DNA from: Nymphaea colorata
Taxonomy: Eukaryota
Reading direction: 5' to 3'
DNA length: 64,000 nucleotides
NCBI RefSeq assembly: GCF_008831285.2
Contig: NC_045138.2
Coordinates: 7,130,001 to 7,194,000, forward strand
The translations under genes and the position numbers were made by a program. Shown piece by piece: positions 1 through 14,004 of the stretch; within the stretch, counting starts at the first letter, position 1, and every line of letters starts with the position of its first letter. The notes below the pieces were generated by a model, which worked only from the letters and a program-made list of their open reading frames with translations, was not told the DNA's origin and searched no databases.

Positions 1-71
1 TTTATTCTTGTTACGTCCTGCCGTTGGGGGATGAGACGTTTATGGGCAGTCTGGTTTCGCGGTGATTTTAG

Positions 72-2161
72 GTTTGGAGGAGAAGGAGCCAAGTGTCTCG
101 ACGATCCTGACGAACTTCTCGTGTTCGTTTGATCCATATGATGCGCTTAGCACTCCTTTGTACCAGACCGCTACTTTTAAGCAAGTAATTCCCACTGCAG
201 AATTCTGTATTTTCTTTTTGTAGAATTACATTTTTCTGGACATCGACCTTAGATTTTCGACCGTGAATCATTGAAAATGCTGATTACTTGGTTATGGTGC
301 TAAACGATCAAAATGCCATTTTCCCTTGTTTGTCTATATTCTTGTTCTTGTATTTCTAATTCTTTGTTTATCAACATAGAAACTTGTTTCCTACTCTTCC
401 CTTGTTTGACTTTAGTTCGCATCAACGTCATTGTTGGTAATTAAGTATACTTCTCGGTTAAGGGTCTGGCCTGGTGATATGATCCCTTTACTTTGTACCA
501 AATATGAGCAAAATTCAAATGCACTGCAGCAAAACGAGCTGAAACTAGGGTGTGAATGAAAAGTGGGCTCAAGTATCCTGTATTCTGGTTCTATTGTTTG
601 TGATTGCTGGTTGAAATCTTGGTGCTATGCCATGGAAATTGATCTCTATTTGGATAATGGTTCTTCCATGTTTTAAACTTGCTTCCATATAAATACAAAC
701 ATGATGCCAACTTTTAAAAGCAGGGGGGGGTGGGGGGGTTTGACCATGAGCTGTTGGGTAAAGATCTTTTCATTTTTGTTCAACTCAGCCATCTGCAGTA
801 GAGAATGGACCTTATGATTATACCAGAAGCGGTAACCCAACTCGAGACACACTGGAATCGTGAGTTTCATTAGCCACTGTTTTCTTGGTTGCAGATTTTT
901 ATCTTATTACTGTGACTAACGCTTTGTGACTATCAGGCTTTTGGCAAAGCTCGAGAAAGCTGATCGTGCATTTTGTTTCACAAGTGGGATGGCTGCTTTG
1001 GCTGCTGTCACACATCTTGTTGAAGCTGGTAGGCGCGCTCTGTTAGCATGGATTCCCTTTCATCCATGCCACATTTTTCTTACTGTTTATTTGCCTGCCA
1101 AATGTAGGTCAGGAGATTGTAACTGGATCTGATATGTATGGTGGCTCTGATAGGTTGCTTTCAAGAGTTATTCCTAAAAGAGGAATAATGGTTAGGTTAG
1201 TCTCATCTCTTTTTCTGTATTTCTGATAATGTATGCACATGCTTAAGCTGTACTACTTTCTAACACTATATGACACAGACGGATTGACACAAAGGATCTG
1301 GATGAGGTTGCTTCTGCAATTGGCCCAAAGACTAAGATTGTATGGCTGGAAAGCCCAACAAATCCACGTCAACAAATTTCTGATATAAGGGCAAGTTTTT
1401 GTCTTCTTAATGGTTTAGTAGTAAATGATAATGCCGTCTTGCTGCTTGTAATTTTTCCACAGTAGTGACTTATGTTGTGCCTGTAAAAAGTCTTGAGATT
1501 CATGCCAGACTTATGTTTTCATACTTCAACAATAATCAGTTGGAAGAACGGTGAGGATTGACTGCTCGGATCTAAATGTACGATCACCTCTCTTTCAAGT
1601 GACAAAATTGTGGTCCTTCTATTTTACGAGTTGGTCTAAATTTTCTATTTCTTCTAGTTAACTGTAGGAATTTGGAGTTGCATATATATTCTTTTATAAG
1701 TTGTTTTATTTCATAGTTGTGCATTGATTTTTATTGCTCTACAAGGGAATGTGTTCGTTTGTAGGTTGTGGCATTTTGATCGGCATAGTAAGCTTCCTGA
1801 GAGCAGTGAGTAGCCTCACCTTAGCCCTAGATATAACGTTTGTAGGTTGCTTTTAATACGTAGAGTCATACAATCATATCAACACAACTCAGTCTGATGG
1901 CTTTCATGTTACCATAAGAGGTCGTTTGATAATTGTCTCATTAGATAGAACGGATAGGACGTCTTGTCCACCACACCACTGTCCTGTCTGTCTTGTCAAT
2001 AGTGTCTTCTGTCCACTGTTTGATAATTTTAAGAACATAAAACTATGTCCTTTGTGTCTAGTGTTTGAATTGCATCAATTTGTTTTTTTTTTTGTTCCAC
2101 CCATTGTTTGTGCTTGAACCAATGCTAGTGAGCATGCACGCATGTGTTTGTGTATATATAT

Positions 2162-2231
<70 letters not shown>

Positions 2232-3475
2232 ATTAAAAAAAAATAACACAAATTCTATATTGATAACTTGTTGATTACATGACTAAAAGAATTAACTTGT
2301 TACAAACATTCATCAAACATACAACAAAATTCATGATCCATCAAGTAATTATCTTCACCTCCATGTCCATCTTTTTTCTCTTTCATGACTTTCCACCTGC
2401 AAATAAAAAAAAATCATACTTAAAATGATAAATCATCAATGAAACATGTACTTTCACCAAACGTTTTCTGTGCAAACATTTCACCAAACATTTTCTGTGC
2501 AACAAATATTCATCCTTGAACAGTCGGTGCAAAATATAGAAAGGCCCCAAATCTATTTATTCTTATTGTAATTCATGTATAGTTGGTGCAAAGGTTAATG
2601 GTTTGAAGCAAAACCCCAAACTAGACAATGCAAAAGGAAAGAAAACAACTGGTGTTCGTTATAATGTTACCTGAAAAACTAGTCATAATTTGCTCCAAAT
2701 TTAACAAATACAGATGAAATCAAGAGCTTTAAGAGCTTCACATTCCCGACACCCCTCTCTTGCCACTGATTTCCCTCTTTACTGAACCGATAAAGCTTCG
2801 CCTTCCTGAAAAAGACAATCATATCAGCATAAAACCCTTATGCTTGAAGAGACCTCAAGCCCAAACAAACGATCAGAAGGCTCCCTTCACTTACATATTG
2901 AGAAGAACTTCTTCGCCCTCCTCAAGCTTGACAATTGGCTGCACGACTGCTGCGGTGTCCTTGCAATCTCTCATGGCCTCTGATGTCACCTCCTCTAGCC
3001 CATTCCTCTCTGGATCCTCAGTGTCATGGATAATCGGTCAATCATGTGAGGCAAAGAGTTGAGGGCAAGAGTGACAGAGTGAGTGCCTCAGGAGGGATGA
3101 GAAAGAAGAAGCTGCAAAGATTAGGGATTCCAACCATTCCTAGCTCAAAACAGTGAGAGGGGGAGAGAGCGCAGCGGAAGAAGTTGAGGGAGGGAGAGAG
3201 GAGAGTAAGAAGAGTCGAGGGAGATCGAGTTGTGTACTGTCCTCTCCGTTCCTTGCTTACCATCGGAACACTCCAGGACACAGGCGAAATTTATACCCCC
3301 TGTCCCAATGTCCATCTTGTCCGCCCTGTCTTGCGGTCAGCGTTTGATGGTATTTTGAAAAAAAAGGAACTGATCGTTCTGTTCCTGCAGTTCCAGGCCT
3401 ATCAAACGACCTCTAAGTTTGACTGAAAGTGAGAAGGATGTGTGATAAGCCTTAGGCTTCTCTCTCTCTCTTTCT

Positions 3476-3525
<50 letters not shown>

Positions 3526-3733
3526 TTTGTCTGAAATTCATGCCATTCAATTCTCCGTAGGCTTAAGCTTAGAGAGGTCCTTACTTCTTTGTTATTGGAG
3601 GAAGGGTAGATGTTACTACGAAATGAACCAAAGGAAGAGCGGAATGAATGCTTCTCTAATGAGGGAGAGGGAGACCCTCAATCCGAGATGTAGAGAAGGG
3701 AATGATTTGAGATTTTGCTAAGTTCACCACCAT

Positions 3734-3770
<37 letters not shown>

Positions 3771-6700
3771 ACTGGATGGTTAAAAATAAAAAAATTTTCA
3801 TAAAAAAACAGTTGTCAAATGAGTATTAGTGACAGTTTATTATGCAACAATAGTTTATGGTGTTTTTAGCAACAATTCGTGCCGCTTTTAGTGACATTTT
3901 TAATTTTTAGCCCTCCAGAAATACCTGTCACACCACAGGACAGAATTCTCCTATATATATATATTTATTTACATATTGATGTACTTATTATACTGGCTTT
4001 TATGGCTAATCATCATTAGCCATGACTTTGTAACTTTATAATTTTCTTTCTGCTCTGTGTGTGTGTGTATTAAGACTTATTATATGCATAATTATCATTG
4101 TTAATTTGCGGAGCCTTGCATAACAAATGCACAAATGAATTATATCTCTAATGAGAGCGAATAAAACAGCATGGCAGTTTTTATGCATTAATTATTGGTT
4201 ATATAATTCTATTGACACTTCAACAGACTTTCTGTATTTTCTCGGTGAAACTAAAAAAACAAATTATTCTTTGTTCTAAACTTGCTGAAATGCTGATAGA
4301 CGTGAAAATCATGAAATAACCAGTTCATTTTGAAACTTCTTTAGATACTAATTCTGTGGCTGACATGCTCTTATTTGCGAGAAAGCAATAAAAAAATAAT
4401 TGCTCATCTTGGTACCGTTATGCACTCCCAAATGTGCTAATCTTTTTTCTGGTGGGCACTGTTTCTGCATGGTCATGTATACTTGCACCAATTGAATTTT
4501 AAAATATGAAACTTGTTCACTTCTTATTTTTCAGAAAATATCGGAGCTGGCTCATGCTCATGGTGCTTTGGTGCTGGTGGATAATAGCATTATGTCACCA
4601 GTTCTTTCCCGGCCATTAGAACTTGGGGCAGGTCTAGTTAACAGCCTTCTGATTTGATAAACATTGATGCCACTCTACGAATCTTGCTGGCGCAGTCTCT
4701 GAGTTCTGCTGACATGTCATGCTTTTTTTCCTTCTCTGTTTCAGATATTGTCATGCACTCTGCTACAAAATTTATAGCTGGACATAGTGACTTAATGGCT
4801 GGAGTTCTTGCTGTAAAAGGTGAAAGGTTGGTTGATAGCAGAATTGGTTGAAGATCTTTGTTGCCATAATGGGGAAAACATTGTTTTACCTTGTTTTTTC
4901 TTTAAATTCATAACCACAAGGAAGAAGAGACTCAGCGCTTCTTTCCTCTAGGAAAAAAAATTCATGTTTTGATATCTACAACCATGCATTTGCTGTTTTT
5001 GGACGGCAAAGATTGATGATAATTGATAGGTGCCCTTGATTAACAGATCATGAAATTTAGGTTTAACAAGCAGTAGTAGCAGCAATCATGGTAGCAGAAA
5101 TAAGTTCACCCTATTTGGCTATTTCAGATACACAATGTCTTCTTAAATGCAGCAGTGTTCATAATCTTGTTTTATTATAAATGTATGTTATAGTTATGAG
5201 AACCAAGAAACTCAGCAATGAAACAATTGATTCTGTGCTCTGTTTTTCCATACCTATTAATTTATGGATCTATGCTGTCAGCTAAGCACTAAACCCATTT
5301 CAACAAGTTACCTCCCATTATAATGATGAGCAGCTCTTTGGGTTTTCAATGCAACTTTTGGACTTCGTACATGTCACTATGTTTAGTAAATGGTATGGGA
5401 TTCATGTGTGTCTTTTCTCTTAGGATATGAGCTTACTACATTAGTTTAATGCTGAAGTTAGGTTAGATAGAGATGGGGACGAAGAATTAAGTGATTCTGG
5501 AGAAGGAAAAACAACTAGACCATATGATCCTTTCAGCCTGTGCTAGGCTGTCTGCCCAGTTGTCAAATGGCACTGGCCTACCTGTGCAGTGTGTCTCTTA
5601 ATTTCTAGAACAGGTCTAGCATACCCCTGTCAATATGAATGAGTTAGATGCTGCCTTGATTTATTATTATTACTGAATAAGAAGTAATTATTCACAGGAG
5701 TCAAGGATGCATGAAAAATAACTTGAAAAATATGACTAAGTTTATCCATGCAATTATATCAAGCAATTGTTCTGAATACTAATAGAAAAAACTAAGTTAT
5801 GTTGATACAAATAATCATACATTGATATTTTTAGATATAGTTCAAAGAGCTAATACAAACTAATGAACTTACAATTTGTCTTCATTAACAGTATTTTGGC
5901 CTTTTTATCGTAGTAACCCATGCTTAAGTTAAGGTTCATTGGAGAATGTTTTTTGGCCTTTTTATCGTAGTAACCCATGCTTAAGTTAAGGTTCATTGGA
6001 GAATGTTTTTTATATTAATGGTGCAAAAATAATTATCTTGTTAAAAATATGAAAAGGTTAGGTGTATTTTTTATTCACATTAGTTCCGTCTTTTTGAATT
6101 GTACATAATACCGCCCTGTGGAGTCAAGTTACGAAGGCGTCAATTGTCTAGTTGGGTTGCGGATGAACTATAGTCAAAATTTCAGAAAAACAAAAAATTT
6201 AATATATTGCTATTTTTTCTGCATCAAATTTTCAATCAGTTTTATGTTGGTCTCACTAGTGTATCTAGTGTCAGAAGTCACAACCGACTTATATCTGCAA
6301 GAATGAGCTATTAAACTCTGGCGATTTTCATCTGGCTTGAGGAAATAAAAATTGGCAGAGAATGCCCAAACCTTTTTAGTCATAGTAGACGTTTAGTCTT
6401 GGCTAGCAAAACAAAAGGTGCTTGTGTGTAGTTGTAGTTTCAAGTTGCTCAATGCCTGATTGAGTATATAAAATGAGAGGAAGTGGAGGATTTTGAATGT
6501 TTACTTTCTGAAAGAGAGTTTGTTTGGTGCATGTTGCAGTAGAACATTGTTGTGCAGCTATATGTCGGACATTTCCCTAGACTGTGGTGCACTACTTGAG
6601 TTGTGTCTTCGACATCCATTTCCTTGGTTAAGATTTTCAATTTAGAACGAGGAAAATGAAACTATAGTGTTAATTAGGTTAGTTAGAAAAAAATTATGCA

Positions 6701-9443
6701 CAATAATTGCTAAACCAACCCAAGAACACATATCTAAATTAAATTTTACTTTTATGCTTGTAAATCTTTATGGTTTTGCACTGTTAATTCTTAGAAGTTG
6801 GACCAATTGTTGAAAGGAAACTGGGCATAGACCTTGTTGCTTTTTCTTGTAAGAAAGATATCAGATAAATTAAATACAATACTCCAGAATGAATTCTTTG
6901 AGTTTATTACCTTTCAAATCAGTGCGAGGCTTACTAAGAAACTAGCTTATTTATGGAAAAGCTATATGATATTGAACTGATATGTGTTTTGTGTTGAATT
7001 AGAGCTGTTTTTTTTCCTCTTCTGCAACAAGCAGGTTCTTGTTATTATGTTTGTATGAATTACTAGATGAATTTATTTTACTACTAAGAATGCTTAAATC
7101 AAATGTAAATATGAGAAGTTTATATCTTGCTGCCAATTTCATATCAGGCTTGCAGTGGTTCTAGAAATCATGCTCAGCCCATTGCATGAAAAGCATCCTA
7201 GTATCCATGCTTCATTGATCTATTGAGTTGTTCCTTACAGATTATGGCACTTTCTTTATGTAGCTTCTAGATTTCATTTCTGCCCAAAAGCAGCAAGTTT
7301 ATATGATTTTCTACATTATATGGTCTCTGGTATTTCACTAATGTAAAATGTTTTGCTGCTTCTGTAGTTTGGCAAAAGAGATTTACTTCTTACAAAATGC
7401 AGAGGGCTCTGGCTTAGCTCCATTTGATTGTTGGCTATGCTTGAGAGGCATCAAAACAATGGCCTTACGAGTTGAAAAACAGCAGGTATACCCTGCTAAG
7501 CTTTTTTAAGTTTTACCTTTGGCTTCTGGAAACTATATATTTGTTTGTATATTGATGTCTGCCACTTTGTACAGAATTTCACATGAGGTAATATGCCATT
7601 GACGTTATGCTTGGTTGCTAATTGTTATTTATAGTGGTTGAAATTTCTTTCCTGGATGTTCCATTGGTTAGCCTGATAGTACCATAGTATGATTTAGTAT
7701 CTTGATGACTATGATATGGCAAAACTCATTGTTGAGACTTTTAGATTATTTCTTATTGTCCCTGTACCATATCACAGTCTATATTCAGACTTTGGTAAGG
7801 TACCTTTATCCTGCTGACAGCCTGTTTATGCAAAGTCAAATGAGATGGTCGTCATGCTTAATTTTTTGCTTTTTGGGGGCTGAGGGAGACAATGTCTATA
7901 TATTGTTATGAACTGACTGATTGTTTTTATAAACTGCTTTTCTTTGGATGAATGAAGTTCCTTTAAAGGCAGAGCAGCTTGCATCCTTTCGCTGTAATAC
8001 TCCCTTGACCTGAGGAAGGAATAATTACTTGAATTTGAAAGCGTTTTTGGTACTTGCGTGGGCAAAATATTTCAATATCCTGGGATGGTTAACTTCATAG
8101 TTCATAGTACCTCAATATACAGACACCACCAGTAGTTAAAAAGCTGTAAATTTTTCTGAGGGAGATGTAGGTTTGACTGCAAGGAGATCACCTGGTAGAT
8201 CATGTATTGGAAGTTGTAGCTGGTCAAGTTATTCACAAGTTATGAAGCACTTCTCACCGGTAATGTCAGTAGTTTAACCATCAGCCCATCATTGGATAAA
8301 CCCCGTGGGCTGAATAAGAAAGGAAAAGTGGCAGGACACATTTTACCTTTGCATTCGCTATAATACCATTTGGCTTTAATGGTTGAGCGAATCCCCTTTT
8401 TGTTTTTCCTAATAAATGATCTCGTTTGAACTTTGAATGTTAGTTATTTGAGATGCTAATCTTGTGCAATAAGCTTAGATAATTTTCAGGTATTATATTT
8501 GTAAAATCTTCCATTAGTGTTTTTTGATTTATTAATGAGTAGTTTTATTTCTTTTTTGTCGACAGGAAAATGCGCATAAGATTGCCGAATTTCTTTCTTC
8601 TCATCCTAGGGTGCAAAGAGTTTTCTATGCAGGTCTTCCTGATCACCCTGGGCGTTCATTGCACTATTCCCAGGTAGCTCAATTGACCACAAACTTGATA
8701 AAAAGATGGACTGGGAACATGAACAATAAAACTTTTCTTTTCTGTGAAAAATTCAGTCAAAAGGTGCTGGTTCTGTCCTGAGCTTTACAACAGGATCGTT
8801 GGCTCTTTCCAAGCACATTGTTGAATCCACAAATTACTTCAGTATTACTGTCAGCTTTGGTAATTCAGCTTCCATGTTCTCTTTTCTTAGCGACAACTGG
8901 CTTGCTTAAGTATTAACTCAATTTACTTATTTATTCTGAGCTATGCTATGCTGTATGTTCTAATAAATGACCATCATTAAGGTGCACTAGAAGCATGTTG
9001 TACGAGCACTACTATGAGCTGTTCTATTGTAGCTTATGTTTCTTCTAAAGCAGCCTTTTAGTACAATGTCCATGTCGAAAGTTCATATGGATATTACAGT
9101 CATCTGTATTGAAGTTTATTTTGGATATATGACAGTATCTGTCCTCTCCTGCTTCCATATGTGCCACAGAATCTAAACTGTAGTGATGATACAGTCTGGT
9201 TTGTTAACTTGATTGGAGTAATATCTGCCACAAACTTACAAGTTTCTTCGGTTATTATTTTCTACAGGTAGTGTTAAGTCTCTTATCAGCTTGCCTTGTT
9301 TTATGTCACATGCAAGCATACCAACTTCAGTACGGGAGTCTCGGGGATTAAGTGAGGATCTGATCCGCATATCAGTGGGCATTGAAGATGTAGATGACTT
9401 AATTGCTGATTTGGACAGTGCTATCAGATCTGGACCTTTATAA
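72..9443 (+). CDS. CBL: Cystathionine beta-lyase (PLP-dependent, Met biosynthesis); 5' exons lie upstream of the window. Coding exons: 72-184, 789-859, 937-1028, 1108-1195, 1279-1390, 4535-4631, 4745-4826, 7368-7485, 8566-8673, 8757-8859, 9268-9443 (TAA)
   Basis: Spliced translation is continuous and phase-consistent: [66 protein letters not shown] (PLP lysine)..[44 protein letters not shown]. All introns are GT-AG except 1391-4534 (GC-AG). Confidence 0.96.
1918..3413. mobile_element. Non-autonomous PIF/Harbinger-type element (Pack-type) in a CBL intron
   Basis: Perfect 14-bp TIR GAGGTCGTTTGATA (1918-1931) / TATCAAACGACCTC (3400-3413); TAA on both sides (1915-1917, 3414-3416); no transposase ORF. 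Confidence 0.9.
2895..3028 (-). pseudogene. Captured RanBP1-like first-exon fragment
   Basis: Minus strand reads [44 protein letters not shown] followed by a GTAAGT donor. Resembles the plant RanBP1 N-terminus (EDTGAQVAPIVKLEEVAVTTGEEDEDVLLD) with a short internal deletion. Confidence 0.6.
5894..6011. repeat. Perfect 57-bp tandem duplication in a CBL intron
   Basis: TTTTGGCCTTTTTATCGTAG...GGAGAATGTT starts at 5894 and again at 5951. Confidence 0.9.
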
Positions 9444-11137
9444 GCTGCATCATCCTATATTTAGGATATAATAGTGTTTTGCAGTTTCCAGTATGTTCAA
9501 TAAAAAATTATGAGATTTTTCCAAGTAATTTTTTTCCTGGGTCATGTAGCTTCATCTATATCATGAATCAATAATTTAGCTATTTATGATGGCTTTTGTT
9601 TGCTGGCAGAGACTTGACCAAAACTGTGCCTATGATCATGAAAACGTATGCTTCTATCTAAATGACGCAATTTATGAGCTTTCATAGGGAATTCATTTTA
9701 CTTAGAATGCTACTCCAACAGTCATCCTCTTTGCATTATCTCTATCCACCGAAGACAAAACTGCTGGAGGACAGAGCCTCCTCCTGATATTAAAAGAAAA
9801 AATGAACTGTATACAAAATGAATAACAGAAACAGGAAGATCCCCACAATCTCAGAGATCCAGCTTCGGAGGTTGCAAGCCAGAAGGTACTTCCGTTGAAG
9901 GATTCATTTACACAATTTGCAATCTATGCTTTTGTATATATTAACAAGATCTTTGTTAAATTGGTCTCTACCCTCCATGCGATTATGTGACATATTTAAC
10001 CAAAGATGCTGATTGGAAAAAACCGTAATCGGACTACTGTCAGCAGGATGGAACTCCTCCGAAAGTCTACTCCATGTATCCCTCAGCATGATGATTCCAG
10101 AAACATGTTATGGTCTACGGCATTTGCTGATCCTATAAACAGCATTCTTCTTCTTCACACTTGTGTGCAATACCGAAGCCATCTGAATCCATGAATCTTC
10201 CATAACAGACCAATCTTCCACGTTATTCCCATATTGGCTCTCCCAGAGCTCTCTTTGGAGTAAACTCGAACCTTCCATTTTGTCGGTGTCTGTTTGTTGA
10301 TCAGTGTCAAAGTGGTTGCAGTTTTTAGCTTGTGAAAGTGACCCATGAGATCAAGGGTGTAGTATGGTAAGTTGGCTGCTTGGATCATTACATCCCAACT
10401 CCTGCTTGCCAATGCAAACCAGAAGCGACCATTGATGAACTAAGCTCGAGATTTCCAAGTAGTTGCTAGATGCTGATCTTGGGCCTCATTTGTTGGATGG
10501 AACATGGACTATAGTGATTGAAAACTTGATCTTGCTTTCCTAAAAGAAGATTTCAGAAAAATGCGATCTCCACACTTCCTTCAGATAGCATCTCATAGTC
10601 ATTCAAATAGCACTTTCTAGTGAGCAAGAGGTTAACAACCCACTGCCCAGAAAAGAGGCTTGAATGCCCTACATTCCCCCTGCCCTCCAGGGTCCTAAGT
10701 TACCTTGGTTTCAACGATGGCAGCATTATACTACAACTTAAGTACCACACCGGGCTATCTTAAATGCATAAACATGCGCCCTATGCTGACCAGCTATGCT
10801 ATGCATTTTAAAGCACCTCCAGGTATCCTTTGAAAGCATGAAACTTTCACTGTGCAATTAACATTCAGAATTTAAATAATGGCCCCTGCCCTAACAAACA
10901 AGGAAACAAACTGTCGGGTTTTTTTGAATTGCGTGGAATTAATATATACCCATATTAGAATCCCACTGCGAGGGGCACGACTTTAACCAGAGAGTCGGAG
11001 GCTTGGACAAAATCATTTTTCATTTGTCGGAAGTAGGTTTCATTTAAGGGGAAACTCACTTCTCTAACAATTTATTTTGCTTCATAAGCAGGTTCCTTCA
11101 AGTTTTCTATTGTTTTATTCTTGTATTGAATTACAAT

Positions 11138-11872
11138 TAAGCCTGGGCACCGGGCTGGGCCGCCGCCGGGTACCCGGTACCCGGCCCGACTCGGTCCCGG
11201 GCCCGAGCCTTGCTTTTATAGTAGTCAGCCCGGCCCGGCCCGGTAACTAACGGGCCGGGCGCGGGCCAGCCGCTTTGATCGGCGGCGGCCCGCGAAGCCC
11301 GTTGTTTTTTTTTTTTTAAAATGAACTTCGTTACTCGTTAGGGACCTAGGGTTAAATAAAAATGAACTTGAGCTTAGAGAGTTAGGGTTTACCTTTCGGC
11401 CTTCCGTCGTCACCGTCGCCCGTCGAGACTCGAGAGATTGCATTTGCGGCATTGCCTCCTCTTCGCCCATCGGCTGCTCCTCCGGTCGTCGCCGTCGCCA
11501 TCGGCTGCCTTCTCCGGTGACCGTGTGCCGGCTGCCGTGAAGGTCTTCAGTATGTAAACTATCAATGTGCCTATAAAAGAACTTGATACTCCATGGTGTT
11601 TCATCATCTGAAGCTGTAAATTGTGTTGCCTCCTGCATTCGTTGTGTCTGAGTTTTTTCAATAACGGGCCGGGCCGAAGCCCATCTCAGCCCGCCCGGCC
11701 CGTTATTAATCGGGCCAGGCCGAGCCTCGGGCCTTGACCGAAGCCCGAGGCCCGATATGACTTGGGCCCGGCCCAGCCCATTTAGAAACGGGCCGGGCCT
11801 CGGGCCGGCCCGTTTAGGTTATTGGGCTTCATTTTTACATTTTTATCGGGCCCGGCCCGATGCCCAGCCTTA
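11138..11872. mobile_element. Non-autonomous hAT element, same family as 54827-55863 but in opposite orientation
   Basis: TIRs TAAGCCTGGGCA / TGCCCAGCCTTA; perfect 8-bp TSD ATTACAAT (11130-11137, 11873-11880); about 200-bp GGCCC/GGGCC-rich subterminal arms. Confidence 0.92.
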
Positions 11873-12455
11873 ATTACAATTTAAGCTTTTCACAATGATA
11901 CACAACAATATATTGGTTAGGTATAATTTAATGAATTTTTCATTGACCTTAACATATTTTTTTAATTATTTCCATATTTTTTATTTATTTATATGTGTTG
12001 CCGTTACTTTCTTCATTTATATTCTTCTTTGTTTTTGTGATTTTCCGCTGCTTTGTTTTGTTTTTGTTTTTTTGGCAAGCTATACATCACTTCCCGTATC
12101 AGCTCTTGTATCTATCGCGTAATTAACTATGGAGCAGATATTTTTTTCATGTATTTGTTACAGCTCTGGGAAGTCTATTTCTTCTTGCTTTCTGTTTGGT
12201 CGGAAGCCATTTTCCCATGAATAAAATGCCAATGTGAGAAAGCGCTTTCTAATGAGGGAGATAAAGCATGGCTTTCATGAAAAGAAAGCCTTTTTGAATT
12301 TATTGTATGGGGCCCCATGACATCATTTGATAAATTAACCTATCGGGGAAAGAGTTTCTTTCCTTTGATTATGTTGTCTTCTTTGGTAGGTTACAAACTG
12401 GTTGGCTCCCGAGATAGTTACCCTTTGTTGCCCGCCCAATACATAAAGCCCTAAC

Positions 12456-12642
12456 CAGGGATATACAACGAGTGAGCCAAGCACGAGCTCAGCCAGCTTG
12501 AACTTGACTTGACTCACATATAGCTCGACTTGAGCTTTATGAGGTGCGCTCGAGCTCAACTCGTTTAAACTTGTCTTAACTCGAGCTGAGTTATATATGA
12601 GGTGAGCAAGCTCGAGTTGGCTCAACTCATTGAACATTCCTA
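12456..12642. mobile_element. hAT-type MITE (GAGCTCGA-rich)
   Basis: Ends CAGGGATATACAA / TTGAACATTCCTA; flanks GCCCTAAC vs CCCCTGAC (6/8, decayed TSD); internal CTCGAG/GAGCT motifs. Confidence 0.65.
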
Positions 12643-13277
12643 CCCCTGACATTTAGGGGGGTGTGAATGCTACCAGTCTAAAATCCTTAGAATTTGAGAA
12701 CTGATCAGACCTTCCGGCGTCAGATTTTAAATCAAACATTTTCTCAATACAAAAAAGGCAAAACAAAGAATTCAAGGATGAATCATGTTTGGTATCTTTA
12801 GTTTGATGACTACAAATTTTACCAACAGAACTTTTACCCCATCAGCAAATGCATGCTACATCAGATCTATGGATTTAAAATATGAAGTAATCAAACACCC
12901 ACCTATGGTCTTAACATGCACTGACTTTCATAAGAGGCCAGCAACATTAGGTTCTATAGCCGCTTACTAGTCAATAGCCCAACCAAGCGCACCGGACCAG
13001 TTGAGGGCGACCCAGTTTCTAACATGAAACATCCAATCTCATATTGATTTTCATTTTTTAGATCGCAGAGAAATGGACCGAATGCAGATCCAGTTCATGT
13101 GCTCACAACCGTGAATAAAGTGGACACACAAAGATGGGTGGAAAGAAAAGGTGGAGCTGTGGGACTTGAATCCATATAGATATCTGCGTGGGCCTAACAT
13201 GGCAACAAAGGTTAAAAGAAAAAGGAAACAAAGAAAGGAAAAAGAAAAAGAAAAGCAAAAAGAAGAACCTCAACAAT

Positions 13278-13700
13278 CAGTGGCAGAGCTAAGTTTTGGC
13301 TGTCGTGGGCAATTGCCCACACAAGGTCTGCAGAATTTGCTTTATTAATACATAAAAACTTTATTAATTTTCAACTTTTTACATATGAGTGGTTCTTAAA
13401 GTTTAAAATTTGAAGCAACAGTACGTACCTCTTAGCTAAAAATTGTTAGCTCTGCCACCGACATACATTGCCCAAGCATGCGAACACACTTTAGTCTGAG
13501 TCGACGATTGAATTCCAATGAGGAACAAGAAGTCGAGAAAGTTAAAAATATCTAGCTCTGCCACCGACATAAGTCGCCCAACCATGGGAACACACTTTCA
13601 AAATTTCTAGCTCTGCCACCGACATACGTCGCATGCTTGCGAACACACTTTGGTCTGAGTCGACGCTTAAATTCCGATGAGGAACAATAAGTCCAGAACG
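13278..13700. repeat. MITE (CAGTGGCAGAGCTA...TAGCTCTGCCACCG) whose right end plus flank is locally triplicated
   Basis: TAGCTCTGCCACCGACATA occurs at about 13447, 13553 and 13608, each followed by related ..GAACACACTTT.. sequence. Confidence 0.6.
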
Positions 13701-14004
13701 CCAGAGTTTGGAACTGCCTGCATCGGTTGGTGTAAAAAATAACCACGAGCCAACCTTCTACAAGTCACTGTTCTAATTGACGTACCTAAGTTTCGGAAGG
13801 TTGGTATGAAGAGTGAACAACAAGAAACGAACAAATTTCTACAAATTTTATATAGCTTGAATGAGCATTTGATTTTTGAATCCAATTAGCCATGGTTGAA
13901 TTATTATTATATATATCCAATCTGTTACATTCTTTATACTTAACTTTCCCCACGTTGTTTCCGATTCCTTTTTACACATGGTATCAATCTCCAAAATAGA
14001 AAAA

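Noticed and set aside
9700..10900. Minus-strand ORFs (9904-10089, 10155-10412) with vague PPR-like words (SWDVMIQA, KIHGF)
   Set aside because: No consistent repeat periodicity or recognisable domain; needs BLASTX.
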